Of a stretch of 64,000 nucleotides of DNA, positions 20,839 through 30,698 are shown piece after piece (position 1 is the stretch's first letter; each line of letters starts with the position of its first letter). The translations under genes were made by a program, and so were the position numbers. Where the stretch lies: the NCBI GenBank assembly GCA_965238075.1, contig OZ250173.1, forward strand, positions 992,001 through 1,056,000, written 5' to 3'. The stretch is from Candidatus Entotheonellaceae bacterium (lineage in GTDB: Bacteria > Tectomicrobia > Entotheonellia > Entotheonellales > Entotheonellaceae). A model generated the notes under the pieces. That model had not been told where the DNA came from. It saw only the letters and a list, made by a program, of their open reading frames with translations, and ran no database searches.

Positions 20839-21942
20839 TCACTTTCCGAAAGCGTGGCGCTCCGGGGTCCGCTTGAGCGGCAGATTCACGGTCTCGCCCG
20901 ACAACGCCGAGGCATAAATCCCCAGAATGATTTCCACGGACTTGCGCGCTTCGACGCCGTCGACGAGCAGCGGCGCCTTGCCCCTCAGATGGCGCACGAA
21001 ATTCTCAAACTGCAACTGGTGCCCCTCGGTGCCGATGGAGGTGGGGCTGCCCGCGCCCCAACGCGAGGTCTTTTGCGACTGTGGCCCCAGTGTGCGGCGA
21101 ATGCGCGCATCAGTGGATTTCTTGTCCACGAAATCCCAGTGCACCAACTCCCCGCCGCGCAGGCACACCGAGCCGCCCGTTCCCACCATGTGAATCTCAT
21201 TGGGCCAGCCCGGCCACACCGCGGTGGAGCCGATGATGGTGCCCAGGGCACCCGACCTGTAACGCACCACCGCCACCGCGGTGTCCTCGACGTCGATGCG
21301 TTTGTGCGCCAAGTTACCCGCCAGGGCGTGCACGGAGCGGATTGGCCCCGCCAGCCACTGTAGCAGGTCGATGGTGTGGATGGACTGATTCATCAAAGCG
21401 CCGCCGCCGTCCAGTTCCCAGGTGCCGCGCCAGGCGCCCGAATCGTAATACGTCTGGCTGCGGTGCCAAGGGATGATGGCATTGCAGACCGTCAGGTTGC
21501 CGAACCGCCCCGCGTCAAGCGCCTTCTTGATGGCTTGCACCGCTGCCCCGGTGCGGCTTTGGAAAATACCGCCCAACAGCACGCCGGCCCGCTTGCAGGC
21601 GCGAATCATCTGCGAACAGCGCTCCAGTGTTATCTCCAACGGCTTTTCGCAGACGACGTGCTTGCCGGCCTTGGCAGCGGCTACCACCGGCTCCAGATGG
21701 ACGCCGGACGGCGTGGCAATGACCACAACGTCAAGATCCGGGTGCTGAAGAAAAGCATCATAGTCGCCAGCATACAACTCGCCGCCGCAGCGCCGAGCCA
21801 GCGCTTTGGCGTTGTTGCCGCCGCTGTTGGAAAAAAGGCAGGCGAGATGCCCGCCGCGCATGTCCTGAATGGCACGGGCATGAAAGTCGGCGATGACACC
21901 GAGGCCGACGACGCCGAAACCAAAACTCCGAGAACTCGCCAT
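20839..21942 (-). CDS. Gfo/Idh/MocA family oxidoreductase
   Basis: GLGVIA, CEKP, GGGALMNQSIHTID. Confidence 0.92.
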   Translation of the reverse strand: MASSRSFGFGVVGLGVIADFHARAIQDMRGGHLACLFSNSGGNNAKALARRCGGELYAGDYDAFLQHPDLDVVVIATPSGVHLEPVVAAAKAGKHVVCEKPLEITLERCSQMIRACKRAGVLLGGIFQSRTGAAVQAIKKALDAGRFGNLTVCNAIIPWHRSQTYYDSGAWRGTWELDGGGALMNQSIHTIDLLQWLAGPIRSVHALAGNLAHKRIDVEDTAVAVVRYRSGALGTIIGSTAVWPGWPNEIHMVGTGGSVCLRGGELVHWDFVDKKSTDARIRRTLGPQSQKTSRWGAGSPTSIGTEGHQLQFENFVRHLRGKAPLLVDGVEARKSVEIILGIYASALSGETVNLPLKRTPERHAFGK

Positions 21943-21981
21943 AGGTAAGGCTCCTCTGCCGATAGCTCCTGAATGCCGCGT

Positions 21982-23265
21982 TTACCCTTGCCGCCGTTCG
22001 ATACGCGCTCCGAGGGCCTGCAGGCGCTTTTCGAGGTGCTCGTAGCCGCGGTCGATCTGGCTGATGTTGTGGATGCTGCTGACGCCGTCGGCCGCCAGCG
22101 CGGCGATGACCAACGCCATGCCGGCGCGAATGTCCGGCGAAATGAGGGGTTCGCCATGCAGGCGGGAGGGGCCAATCACCACGCAGCGATGCGGGTCGCA
22201 CAGCACGATGTTGGCGCCCATTTCGATAAGGCGGTCGACGAACACCAGGCGGCGGTCGAACATCTTCTGGTGAATCAGCACGGTGCCGCGCGCTTGCGTG
22301 GCGACGACCAGGGCGATACTGATCAGATCGGGCGGAAAACCCGGCCACGGCATGTCGTCGATTTTCGGCATGGCGCCGTCAAACTCACTGCGCACGTACA
22401 GATCCTGATCCGCGGGGATGACAATGTCGTCCCCGTCGTCGTGCCACATCGCTCCCAGGCGGGCGAAAACGATGCGGGTCATACGATGCTCGCGCGGGCG
22501 CGCCTGGCGGACACGAAGTTCCGAGCCGGTCATCGCCGCCAGCGCAATCAGGGAACCGACTTCCATGTAATCGGGCCCGATGGCGTACGTCGTCCCCCGC
22601 AGGTTGCCGACGCCGCGAATCACCAGGCTGTTGCTGCCGATGCCCTCGATGTCGGCGCCCATGGCGTTCAGGCAATGACACACGTCCTGCACGTGCGGCT
22701 CGCAGGCGGCGTTGCCCAGGAGCGTGGTGCCCTCGGCGAGCACCGCGGCCAGGAGCGCCTGCTCGGTGCCGGTGACGCTCATTTCGTCCAGAAAAATGTC
22801 GGCGCCGCGCAGCCGCTTGGCCTTCAGGATGAAGCGGTCCGTGGTGACCTCGATATCGGCGCCCAAGGCTTGCAGGGCGAGCAGGTGGGTATCGAGACGC
22901 CGCCGCCCGATGCGGTCGCCGCCCGGTCGCCCGATGGTCACAAAACCGCGCCGTGCCAGCAGCGGACCGGCGAACAATGGCGCCGTGCGGATCTGGCGGC
23001 ACAGGTCGAGGTCGGGCTGGTTATCGCCTACGGTGCAGGCCTGGAGGATGCAGTGCCCGTCGGAACTCAGGTGCGTATCGACCCCCAGGCGGTTGAGAAG
23101 GGTGATCTTGGTGCGGACATCGCCAATGTTGGGGACATTGTTCAGGTGCAGCGGCTCGTGAGTCAGCAGGCTAGCCGCCATCAGGGGAAGGGCGGCATTC
23201 TTGTTCCCCGCAGGGGTGATGGTGCCCCCGAGCCGATGCCCGCCCTCGATGTGGAAGTATTCCAT
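21982..23265 (-). CDS. murA: UDP-N-acetylglucosamine 1-carboxyvinyltransferase (Cys-to-Asp type)
   Basis: GNKNAALP, PGGDRIG, WPGFPPD, DIRAG, IDRGYE. Confidence 0.95.
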   Translation of the reverse strand: MEYFHIEGGHRLGGTITPAGNKNAALPLMAASLLTHEPLHLNNVPNIGDVRTKITLLNRLGVDTHLSSDGHCILQACTVGDNQPDLDLCRQIRTAPLFAGPLLARRGFVTIGRPGGDRIGRRRLDTHLLALQALGADIEVTTDRFILKAKRLRGADIFLDEMSVTGTEQALLAAVLAEGTTLLGNAACEPHVQDVCHCLNAMGADIEGIGSNSLVIRGVGNLRGTTYAIGPDYMEVGSLIALAAMTGSELRVRQARPREHRMTRIVFARLGAMWHDDGDDIVIPADQDLYVRSEFDGAMPKIDDMPWPGFPPDLISIALVVATQARGTVLIHQKMFDRRLVFVDRLIEMGANIVLCDPHRCVVIGPSRLHGEPLISPDIRAGMALVIAALAADGVSSIHNISQIDRGYEHLEKRLQALGARIERRQG

Positions 23266-23379
23266 GGCGTTCCTGTCGGCCTGCCGCCGACCACGGGGTG
23301 AAGGGGTTGGATTACGGATTTTGCGGGGCGCCGGCCCGGATCGGCGGATGCTAACCGTTTTGTAGCCGGCGCCTGTTCA

Positions 23380-26300
23380 CTATTGGGAAAGGACGTCGAC
23401 TCGCTGGCCCAGGGTGTCGATTTGTCCCTGCATGACGTTGATGCGCTGGAGCTGGGCCATTTCCTCGGCCTGCAGCGTTTCGTTACTAGCGGCAAAGGTC
23501 GCGGCCTGCTGGCTCAGGCCGTCGATCTGCTGCGCCAAGGCGGCCAGTCTAGCGCTCTGGGCGTCTTCCTCAGTGGTCAGCCGTTCGGCGGCCTCGGCCA
23601 ACCGCTGTGACACGGCGGCCACGGACTCCGTGCTGGCAAAGGAAGCGGTCTGCTGGCTCAGGGTGTCGATTTGTCCCTGCATGACGTTGATGCGCTGGAG
23701 CTGGGCCATTTCCTCGGCCTGCAGCGTTTCGTTATTAGCGGCAAAGGTCGCGGCCTGCTGGCTCAGGCCGTCGATCTGCTGCGCCAAGGCGGCCAGTCTA
23801 GCGCTCTGGGCGTCTTCCTCAGTGGTCAGCCGTTCGGCGGCCTCGGCCAACCGCTGTGACACGGCGGCCACGGACTCCGTGCTGGCAAAGGAAGCGGTCT
23901 GCTGGCTCAGGGTGTCGATTTGTCCCTGCATGACGTTGATGCGCTGGAGCTGGGCCGTTTCCTCAGCCTGCAGCGTTTCGTTATTAGCGGCAAAGGTCGC
24001 GGCCTGCTGGCCCAGGCCGTCGATCTGCTGCGCCAAGGCGGCCAGTCTAGCGCTCTGGGCGTCTTCCTCAGTGGTCAGCCGTTCGGCGGCCTCGGCCAAC
24101 CGCTGTGACACGGCGGCCACGGACTCCGTGCTGGCAAAGGAGCCGATCTGCTGGCTCAGGGTGTCGATTTGTCCCTGCATGACGTTGATGCGCTGGAGCT
24201 GGGCCATTTCCTCGGCCTGCAGCGTTTCGTTATTAACGGCAAAGGTCGCGGCCTGCTGGCTCAGGCCGTCGATCTGCTGCGCCAAGGCGGCCAGTCTAGC
24301 GCTCTGGGCGTCTTCCTCAGTGGTCAGCCGTTCGGCGGCCTCGGCCAACCGCTGTGACACGGCGGCCACGGACTCCGTGCTGGCAAAGGAGCCGATCTGC
24401 TGGCTCAGGGTGTCGATTTGTCCCTGCATGACGTTGATGCGCTGGAGCTGGGCCATTTCCTCGGCCTGCAGCGTTTCGTTATTAGCGGCAAAGGTCGCGG
24501 CCTGCTGGCCCAGGTCGTCGATCTGCTGCGCCAAGGCGGCCAGTCTAGCGCCCTGGGCGTCTTCCTCAGTGGTCAGCCGTTCGGCGGCCTCGGCCAACCG
24601 CTGTGACACGGCGGCCACGGACTCCGTGCTGGCAAAGGAAGCGGTCTGCTGGCTCAGGGTGTCGATTTGTCCCTGCATGACGTTGATGCGCTGGAGCTGG
24701 GCCATTTCCTCGGCCTGCAGCGTTTCGTTATTAGCGGCAAAGGTTGCAGCCTGTTGGCTCAGGTCGTCGATCTGCTGCGCCACGTCGGCCAGTTGGGCGT
24801 CCTGGTCGGCTTCATCTTCGGCAGTCGCAAAGGTTCCCATCTGCGCTTCCAGAGCGGCCAGATCGTCACGGGCGGCAAAGGTCCCCAACTGGGCTGCCAG
24901 GGCATCCAGGTCTTCCATACTCGCCTCATCGGCGCTGGCGAATTCGTCGGCTCGACCGCTCAGGGAAACAAGCTGCTCCTGAATATCGGCAATCTGCTTG
25001 CCCCGGGCGGCTTCCTCGGCCTGCAGCGTTTCGTTATTAGCGGCAAAGGTTGCAGCCTGCTGGCTCAGGTCGTCGATCTGCTGCGCCACGTCAGCCAGTT
25101 GGGCGTCCTGGTCGGCTTCATCTTCGGCAGTCGCAAAGGTTCCCATCTGCGTTTCCAGAGCGGCCAGATCGTCACGGGCGGCAAAGGTCCCCAACTGGGC
25201 TGCCAGGGCATCCAGGTCTTCCATACTCGCCTCATCGGCGCTAGCGAATTCGTCGGCTCGACCGCTCAGGGAAACAAGCTGCTCCTGAATATCGGCAATC
25301 TGCTTGCCCTGGGCGGCTTCCTCGGCCTGCAGCGTTTCGTTATTAGCGGCAAAGGTTGCAGCCTGCTGGCTCAGGCCGTCGATCTGCTGCGCCACGTCGG
25401 CCAGTTGGGCGTCCTGGTCGGCTTCATCTTCGGCAGTCGCAAAGGTTCCCATCTGCGCTTCCAGAGCGGCCAGATCGTCACGGGCGGCAAAGGTCCCCAA
25501 CTGGGCTGCCAGGGCATCCAGGTCTTCCATACTCGCCTCATCGGCGCTGGCGAATTCGTCGGCTCGACCGCTCAGGGAAACAAGCTGCTCCTGAATATCG
25601 GCAATCTGCTTGCCCCGGGCGGCTTCCTCGGCCTGCAGCGTTTCGTTATTAGCGGCAAAGGTTGCAGCCTGCTGGCTCAGGTCGTCGATCTGCTGCGCCA
25701 CGTCGGCCAGTTGGGCGTCCTGGTCGGCTTCATCTTCGGCAGTCGCAAAGGTTCCCATCTGCGTTTCCAGAGCGGCCAGATCGTCACGGGCGGCAAAGGT
25801 CCCCAACTGGGCTGCCAGGGCATCCAGGTCTTCCATACTCGCCTCATCGGCGCTGGCGAATTCGTCGGCTCGCCCGCTCAGGGAAACGAGCTGCTCCTGA
25901 ATATCGGCAATCTGCTTGCCCTGGGCGGCTTCCTCGGCCTGCAGCGTTTCGTTATTAGCGGCAAAGGCTGCAGCCTGTTGGCTCAGGCCGTCGATCTGCT
26001 GCGCCACGTCGGCCAGTTGGGCGTCCTGGTCGGCTTCATCTTCGGCCGATGCAAAGGCCCCCATCTGGGATTCCAAGGCGGCCAAGTCGTCATGGGTAGC
26101 AAAGGTATCCAACTGGGCTGCCAGCGCATCCAGGTCTTCCACACTCGCGTCATCGGCGCTGGCGAATTCGTCGGCTCGCCCGCTCAGGGAAACAAGCTGC
26201 TCCTGAATATCGGCAATCTGCTTGCCCTGGGCGGCTTCGTCAGCCTGTGCCGCTTCATCATTGGCGGTAATGGTCGCGGCCTGCTGATTGAGGCCCTCGA

Positions 26301-26622
26301 TCTGCTGCGTCAGAACGGCCACCTGCTGACTCAGACGCCCCTCGAGGCCGGCGAGCTTGTCGGCCTGCTCGGTCACGCTTGCCGCCGTCGCCAGGCCGGC
26401 CACCTGCTCGCTGGTGGCGGCTTTTCTGAAGCCGTCCGACAGTTCCGCCATACGCACCTGATTCGCGTCCATGCTGGAAGCGTTCTGACTGAAGCGCCGC
26501 TCGATCGTAATGACGTAGATAGCCAGGAAAACCACAATGGCAACGAGAGCCAACGAGACGGCCCGATTGAACATCGGTTCCAAGAAGGACGACAACTGCG
26601 AACTACCTTTCTCCTGCGTCAT
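23380..26622 (-). CDS. Membrane-anchored acidic coiled-coil tandem-repeat protein, 1080 aa
   Basis: AGGAGA RBS before ATG 26622; one N-terminal TM helix; A/Q/D/E-rich repeats of 102 aa and 83 aa. Confidence 0.85.
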   Translation of the reverse strand: MTQEKGSSQLSSFLEPMFNRAVSLALVAIVVFLAIYVITIERRFSQNASSMDANQVRMAELSDGFRKAATSEQVAGLATAASVTEQADKLAGLEGRLSQQVAVLTQQIEGLNQQAATITANDEAAQADEAAQGKQIADIQEQLVSLSGRADEFASADDASVEDLDALAAQLDTFATHDDLAALESQMGAFASAEDEADQDAQLADVAQQIDGLSQQAAAFAANNETLQAEEAAQGKQIADIQEQLVSLSGRADEFASADEASMEDLDALAAQLGTFAARDDLAALETQMGTFATAEDEADQDAQLADVAQQIDDLSQQAATFAANNETLQAEEAARGKQIADIQEQLVSLSGRADEFASADEASMEDLDALAAQLGTFAARDDLAALEAQMGTFATAEDEADQDAQLADVAQQIDGLSQQAATFAANNETLQAEEAAQGKQIADIQEQLVSLSGRADEFASADEASMEDLDALAAQLGTFAARDDLAALETQMGTFATAEDEADQDAQLADVAQQIDDLSQQAATFAANNETLQAEEAARGKQIADIQEQLVSLSGRADEFASADEASMEDLDALAAQLGTFAARDDLAALEAQMGTFATAEDEADQDAQLADVAQQIDDLSQQAATFAANNETLQAEEMAQLQRINVMQGQIDTLSQQTASFASTESVAAVSQRLAEAAERLTTEEDAQGARLAALAQQIDDLGQQAATFAANNETLQAEEMAQLQRINVMQGQIDTLSQQIGSFASTESVAAVSQRLAEAAERLTTEEDAQSARLAALAQQIDGLSQQAATFAVNNETLQAEEMAQLQRINVMQGQIDTLSQQIGSFASTESVAAVSQRLAEAAERLTTEEDAQSARLAALAQQIDGLGQQAATFAANNETLQAEETAQLQRINVMQGQIDTLSQQTASFASTESVAAVSQRLAEAAERLTTEEDAQSARLAALAQQIDGLSQQAATFAANNETLQAEEMAQLQRINVMQGQIDTLSQQTASFASTESVAAVSQRLAEAAERLTTEEDAQSARLAALAQQIDGLSQQAATFAASNETLQAEEMAQLQRINVMQGQIDTLGQRVDVLSQ
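23410..24780. repeat. 249-bp tandem repeat, 5 full units plus a partial
   Basis: CAGGGTGTCGATTTGTCCCTGCATG recurs at 23410, 23659, 23908, 24157, 24406 and 24655. Confidence 0.95.
24710..26240. repeat. 306-bp tandem repeat, about 5 units
   Basis: GKQIADIQEQLVSLSGRADEF is encoded five times at 306-bp spacing (shadow ORFs at 24998, 25304, 25610, 25916 show the period). Boundaries approximate. Confidence 0.93.
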
Positions 26623-26770
26623 ATCTGTTCTCCTTTGCGCCATGAAGCGTGAGAATCGCCGTCGTTTCGTCGCGGCGGGAAAGACCGCCGCACCGCCGGG
26701 ATGACGGCCATCAGAATTACCAGGAAAGCCAGAGCCGTAAAGAAGGTGCGCATGCCGGTCCGGGGCTCCC

Positions 26771-27904
26771 CTAGTTGAGGTTCAGGCAGCCGAGCTTTTC
26801 ATACGTGCCGTTGACGATCGGCTTGGCCTCGACCGCCATCCAGTCTTCCAGAATCTCCGTGTATACGGAGCGGAAATCGAGGTTGAAGGCTAAGTCGCCC
26901 TCGACCAGCTTGTCGTCGTCGAGGGAAGGATACTCGCCGTAGTGCCCGCCCTTGACGCGGTCGCCGATGAGGAACGCCACGCCGCCGGAACCATGGTCGG
27001 TGCCATTGCCGTTGTCTTTCACCCGGCGGCCGAACTCCGAGAACACGAAGATCAGCACGTCGTCGCTGGCGTCGTGCGTTTTCAGATCGGTGTACAGGTC
27101 GCGAATGCCACCCGCTACGTCGTCCCACAGCTTGGCTTGCAGCGCCACCTCGTTGGTGTGCGAGTCGAAGCTGCCGTGCTGCGTGTAGCAAATGCGCGTG
27201 CCGACATCGGCCAGCAGCACCTGCGCGGCGCCCTTGGCGCTCCGGGCGAAGGGGTTGCTGCCGTATTCAACCGTCGAAGCGTATTTCTGCGGCACGGAAC
27301 CGAGGATGTCGGCGCCGCGCAGGGCGTCCAGGCCGGTTTTGCTCAGGTAATCCGTCACCGGCCCGCTGCCGAGCGCGCGGCTGTACATGTCGCGGAAGGC
27401 TTCCAGCGCCTGTGAGCGTTGCGGCGCTGTGTCGATGTGATTGAGCAGTCCGTAGCTCTCCAGATGAGTCACCGAGGCCACCGGCGCGCCCAGGGTGACC
27501 AGCGCCCGCGGCAGCGCGGCGGCGAAGTTCACGGCGATGACGACATTATCGCCGTCCGGCGTCATGTCCTTGATCGCCTGCCCCAGCCAGCCCTTGTCGC
27601 CCACCTTGGTCGGCTCGGCGGTGTGCCAGATATCCATGGAGCGGAAGTGCGACCGGCTGGGCTGCGGATAACCGACGCCGTGGAGTATCGCCACCTTGCC
27701 CGCGTCGTACAGGTCCTTGATGGGCTGCATGGCGGGGTTGAGGCCGTAGCCGTTGTCGAGCGGGATGATCTGATCTTCCGACAGGCGGACGTTCGGCCGG
27801 TTGTCGATGTAGCGCGGATTCGCGTACGGTACGACGCAGTTGAGGTAATCATTGCCGCCGGAGAGTTGCACAACCACCAGCTTGCGGTTCTTTTCGTCAC
27901 CCAT
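26771..27904 (-). CDS. DUF1501 domain protein
   Basis: LVVVQLSGGND, RSHFRSMDIW, FDSH, SEFGRR, GTDHG. Confidence 0.9.
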   Translation of the reverse strand: MGDEKNRKLVVVQLSGGNDYLNCVVPYANPRYIDNRPNVRLSEDQIIPLDNGYGLNPAMQPIKDLYDAGKVAILHGVGYPQPSRSHFRSMDIWHTAEPTKVGDKGWLGQAIKDMTPDGDNVVIAVNFAAALPRALVTLGAPVASVTHLESYGLLNHIDTAPQRSQALEAFRDMYSRALGSGPVTDYLSKTGLDALRGADILGSVPQKYASTVEYGSNPFARSAKGAAQVLLADVGTRICYTQHGSFDSHTNEVALQAKLWDDVAGGIRDLYTDLKTHDASDDVLIFVFSEFGRRVKDNGNGTDHGSGGVAFLIGDRVKGGHYGEYPSLDDDKLVEGDLAFNLDFRSVYTEILEDWMAVEAKPIVNGTYEKLGCLNLN

Positions 27905-27983
27905 GATGGCCTTCCTTCTTGATCGTTTCAATCCTCGCCGGCCCGTTAAGACCGGTGCTCCGTGATCGCGAAATGTTGCTGCC

Positions 27984-28991
27984 TCACACCTTTTCGTAGA
28001 CCTGGAAGCGATGCCGGCTGGTCTCCAGGACGTAAACGCGCTCGTCGTCATCCAGCACGACGTCGACCGGGTCCCAGAAGTACGGTTCGATACGCGCCGA
28101 CACCTCGCTGGCATCATTGGTATCGACGTCGAACACCGGCACGAACGTGGCGCGCGCCGCCAACTCGTCGGCGTTGGCGTTGAGGTATTCCTGTGCCCAC
28201 GGCGACAGCTTGCCCTCGCCCCTGAGTTGCAACAGGTTGTTGCCGGCGGCATCGAGCACCTGCACCCGCTGGTTGCCCCAGTCGGCGACGTAGAGATTGC
28301 CATCGGCGTCCACGGCCAGGCCGGAGGGCCGGTGAAACTGCCCGTCACCGTCACCCGGCGTGCCGAACTTGGCCACGAACTCGCCGTCCGGCGTGAACTT
28401 CTGGATGCGGTCGTTGCGCCAATCGGCCACGTACAGGAAGCCCTCGCGGTCCTGCGTGATACCCCACGGCAGGTTCAATTGCCCGTCACCGCCGCCGTAG
28501 GCGCCCCAGGTGCCGAGGCTCTGCCCGTCCCGGGTGAATTTCTGGATGCGATGGTTGCGGTGATCCACCATCAACAGGTTGTCATCGGCGTCAAACAGTA
28601 GGCCGGAGGGCCCGTCGAACTCGCCGACGGCGCTGCCCTTGGTGCCCCAAGTGTCTTGCACGGCGCCGTCGCGGTCGTACACCGTGACCCGTTGCAGGTA
28701 ATCGTCGGCAAGATATAGATGGTCGTTGCGGTCCAGCGCCAGGGCGGTCGGCCAGATCATGTTGCCCGGCTGCTGGCCGTAGGCGCCGATTTGCCCGAAG
28801 AATTCGTGCCCCAGGCTGACCATCTGAATCCCGACGATGTCCAGCGCCTGTGTGTTGCTGCGGCTGACCACGAAGATGCGGCCGTCGCCGCGAATGACCA
28901 TCGACATCGGCAAATGAAAGCCGCGCCCGCCCTGATCAGCGACGAAGCCGATGGTCTCGGTGCATTGCAGTCGAAACGTTGCGGTTGTCAT
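27984..28991 (-). CDS. NHL-repeat beta-propeller protein
   Basis: Repeated GxFxxPxGL(A)VDxDGNLYVADWxNxRIQKF units. Confidence 0.92.
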   Translation of the reverse strand: MTTATFRLQCTETIGFVADQGGRGFHLPMSMVIRGDGRIFVVSRSNTQALDIVGIQMVSLGHEFFGQIGAYGQQPGNMIWPTALALDRNDHLYLADDYLQRVTVYDRDGAVQDTWGTKGSAVGEFDGPSGLLFDADDNLLMVDHRNHRIQKFTRDGQSLGTWGAYGGGDGQLNLPWGITQDREGFLYVADWRNDRIQKFTPDGEFVAKFGTPGDGDGQFHRPSGLAVDADGNLYVADWGNQRVQVLDAAGNNLLQLRGEGKLSPWAQEYLNANADELAARATFVPVFDVDTNDASEVSARIEPYFWDPVDVVLDDDERVYVLETSRHRFQVYEKV

Positions 28992-29054
28992 GCCCTGTGT
29001 GCTCCCTGGCCTAAAGCGATAGGTCGGATTCGCGGCGCGCAATCCGGCATTCCA

Positions 29055-30509
29055 CTACACCATCTGGTATTCCTGCGTGGTAACGATCAACTGCAGCAGC
29101 GCCACGATGGTGCGCTCCGCCTCGGCGGTCGCCGCGGCGTCGGCGAAACTGACGTCGCCCCAGGAGCGGGCGTAGTTGACGAGCCCGTCGCGGGTACTGT
29201 CCGGCACCTCCAGCGGGCCGACGATGTGCAGACAGGCGTCGACCAGTTCCTCGCCCGACATGCCGCGACCATTGGCGAGGTCGCGAATGCGTCCGATCAT
29301 GGCCCGCATGCCCGGCTTATTCGGATCGCTGAGGATGCGGCTGGCGAAATTGACCCGCTGCACATAGGCGCCGGTGTTGATCCACTCGCTGCCGCCCTGC
29401 CAGCCCTCGACGCTGGGCGGGTTCATCGGGGACTGCCCCATGGCGGCGCACGCCCCGACGGCGGCGTACGTATCGGTCGACGGCAATTCCAGGCCGCCGG
29501 CCATGCGCAGGGTGCCGACCACCATCTCCACCGGGCTCTTGATGCGGGCGAAGCGCGACGCCGCCGACTTGAAGAAGTCGGCGTTGAACAGGACCCGCAG
29601 CATGGCGGAGATCGCGTAATCGGAAGCGAAATAGGCTTGGCACATCAGGTCGATGGCCTGCGGATCGCGCGGCGCGGTGTGCGGCCATTGCGGCACGGGC
29701 ACCTCGTCGGCGACGAAGAAGTGGTACAGATGGCGGGCGATAAAGCGCGGCGTGGCTTCCTGCCGGCAGATGATGGCGATCGCGTCCTCGCCATTGAAAT
29801 CCCCTGCCTCGCCGAGGAATGTCTTGTCGCCGTGGTCGTGGTCCGTGTCGTCATATTCGAACTGCCAGGCGATATAGCCGTAGGGCCGCGCGGTGTTGTT
29901 GCGCATTTTGATGGACATGTAATCGGGGTTGACCACCCGCCAGCCGGTGAAGGCGCGGGCGCATTCCTTGATGTCGTCCTCGGTGTAATTGCCCACGCCC
30001 ATCGAGAACAGTTCCAGAATTTCCCGCCCGTAGTTCTCGTTGATCGAGTCCTTGTGGTTGTCCTGGTTGTCCAGCCACATCATCATGGCGGGGTCGCGCG
30101 ACAGCCGCAGCAGCAATTCCTGGAAGCTGCCCAGGCCGTGGTTGCGGAACATGTCGAGCTGGCTCGCCACCATGCGCGCCTGGATGAGCTTGGTGGCGGC
30201 GGTGGCAAAGACGCGGTGCCAGAACAGGCACATCTTTTCGCGCAGCGGCGCCGGCGTTTGCACCATGCGGTAAATCCAGTAAGCGGCGCCGGCGGCATGG
30301 TTGCGCAGGTCGGACTGATCGACATGGTAGCGGCGGATCAGGTCTTCCGGCACGGCGTCCGGCGCCGGCGGGCTCAGCAGCGCCTCTACGGTGGCCTCGT
30401 AACCCTGCTCGAGGCAGTGGTCGAGTTCTTGCAGGGTGGCGCCAAACCCCGCTCGCCTGAGCAGGTGCGCCATCAGCGCGACATCTTGCTTCGAATGCAC
30501 GGTGGGCAT
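29055..30509 (-). CDS. DUF1800 domain protein
   Basis: HLLRRAGFG, LREKMCLFWH, PAMMMWLDN, NENYGREILELFSMG, KSPVE, PPSVEGW. Confidence 0.92.
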   Translation of the reverse strand: MPTVHSKQDVALMAHLLRRAGFGATLQELDHCLEQGYEATVEALLSPPAPDAVPEDLIRRYHVDQSDLRNHAAGAAYWIYRMVQTPAPLREKMCLFWHRVFATAATKLIQARMVASQLDMFRNHGLGSFQELLLRLSRDPAMMMWLDNQDNHKDSINENYGREILELFSMGVGNYTEDDIKECARAFTGWRVVNPDYMSIKMRNNTARPYGYIAWQFEYDDTDHDHGDKTFLGEAGDFNGEDAIAIICRQEATPRFIARHLYHFFVADEVPVPQWPHTAPRDPQAIDLMCQAYFASDYAISAMLRVLFNADFFKSAASRFARIKSPVEMVVGTLRMAGGLELPSTDTYAAVGACAAMGQSPMNPPSVEGWQGGSEWINTGAYVQRVNFASRILSDPNKPGMRAMIGRIRDLANGRGMSGEELVDACLHIVGPLEVPDSTRDGLVNYARSWGDVSFADAAATAEAERTIVALLQLIVTTQEYQMV

Positions 30510-30698
30510 GCCAGCTTCCTTCTCGAAGGGGGGTCGTCTCAAATCGCTTCTTGGCGTGAGGCGCGAATTATATCAGACAATCCCCGCCCGTGTAGGGGTG
30601 ATTTGCGGCCCTGCGGTGCGCCCGTTGCCCCACCGCAGGTGATGGAGTATCCTACCGCTTTCGCCGCGTCACACCGCACAAATCGGGGAGGAAACAGG

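Noticed and set aside
23410-26240. CRISPR-like or non-coding array
   Set aside because: Units are 249 and 306 bp, multiples of three, in frame and without unique spacers; no cas genes.
28719-30698. Apparent 660-aa N-terminal extension of the TPP enzyme (1207-aa ORF)
   Set aside because: It is the antisense of DUF1800/NHL; the real start with RBS is at 30699.
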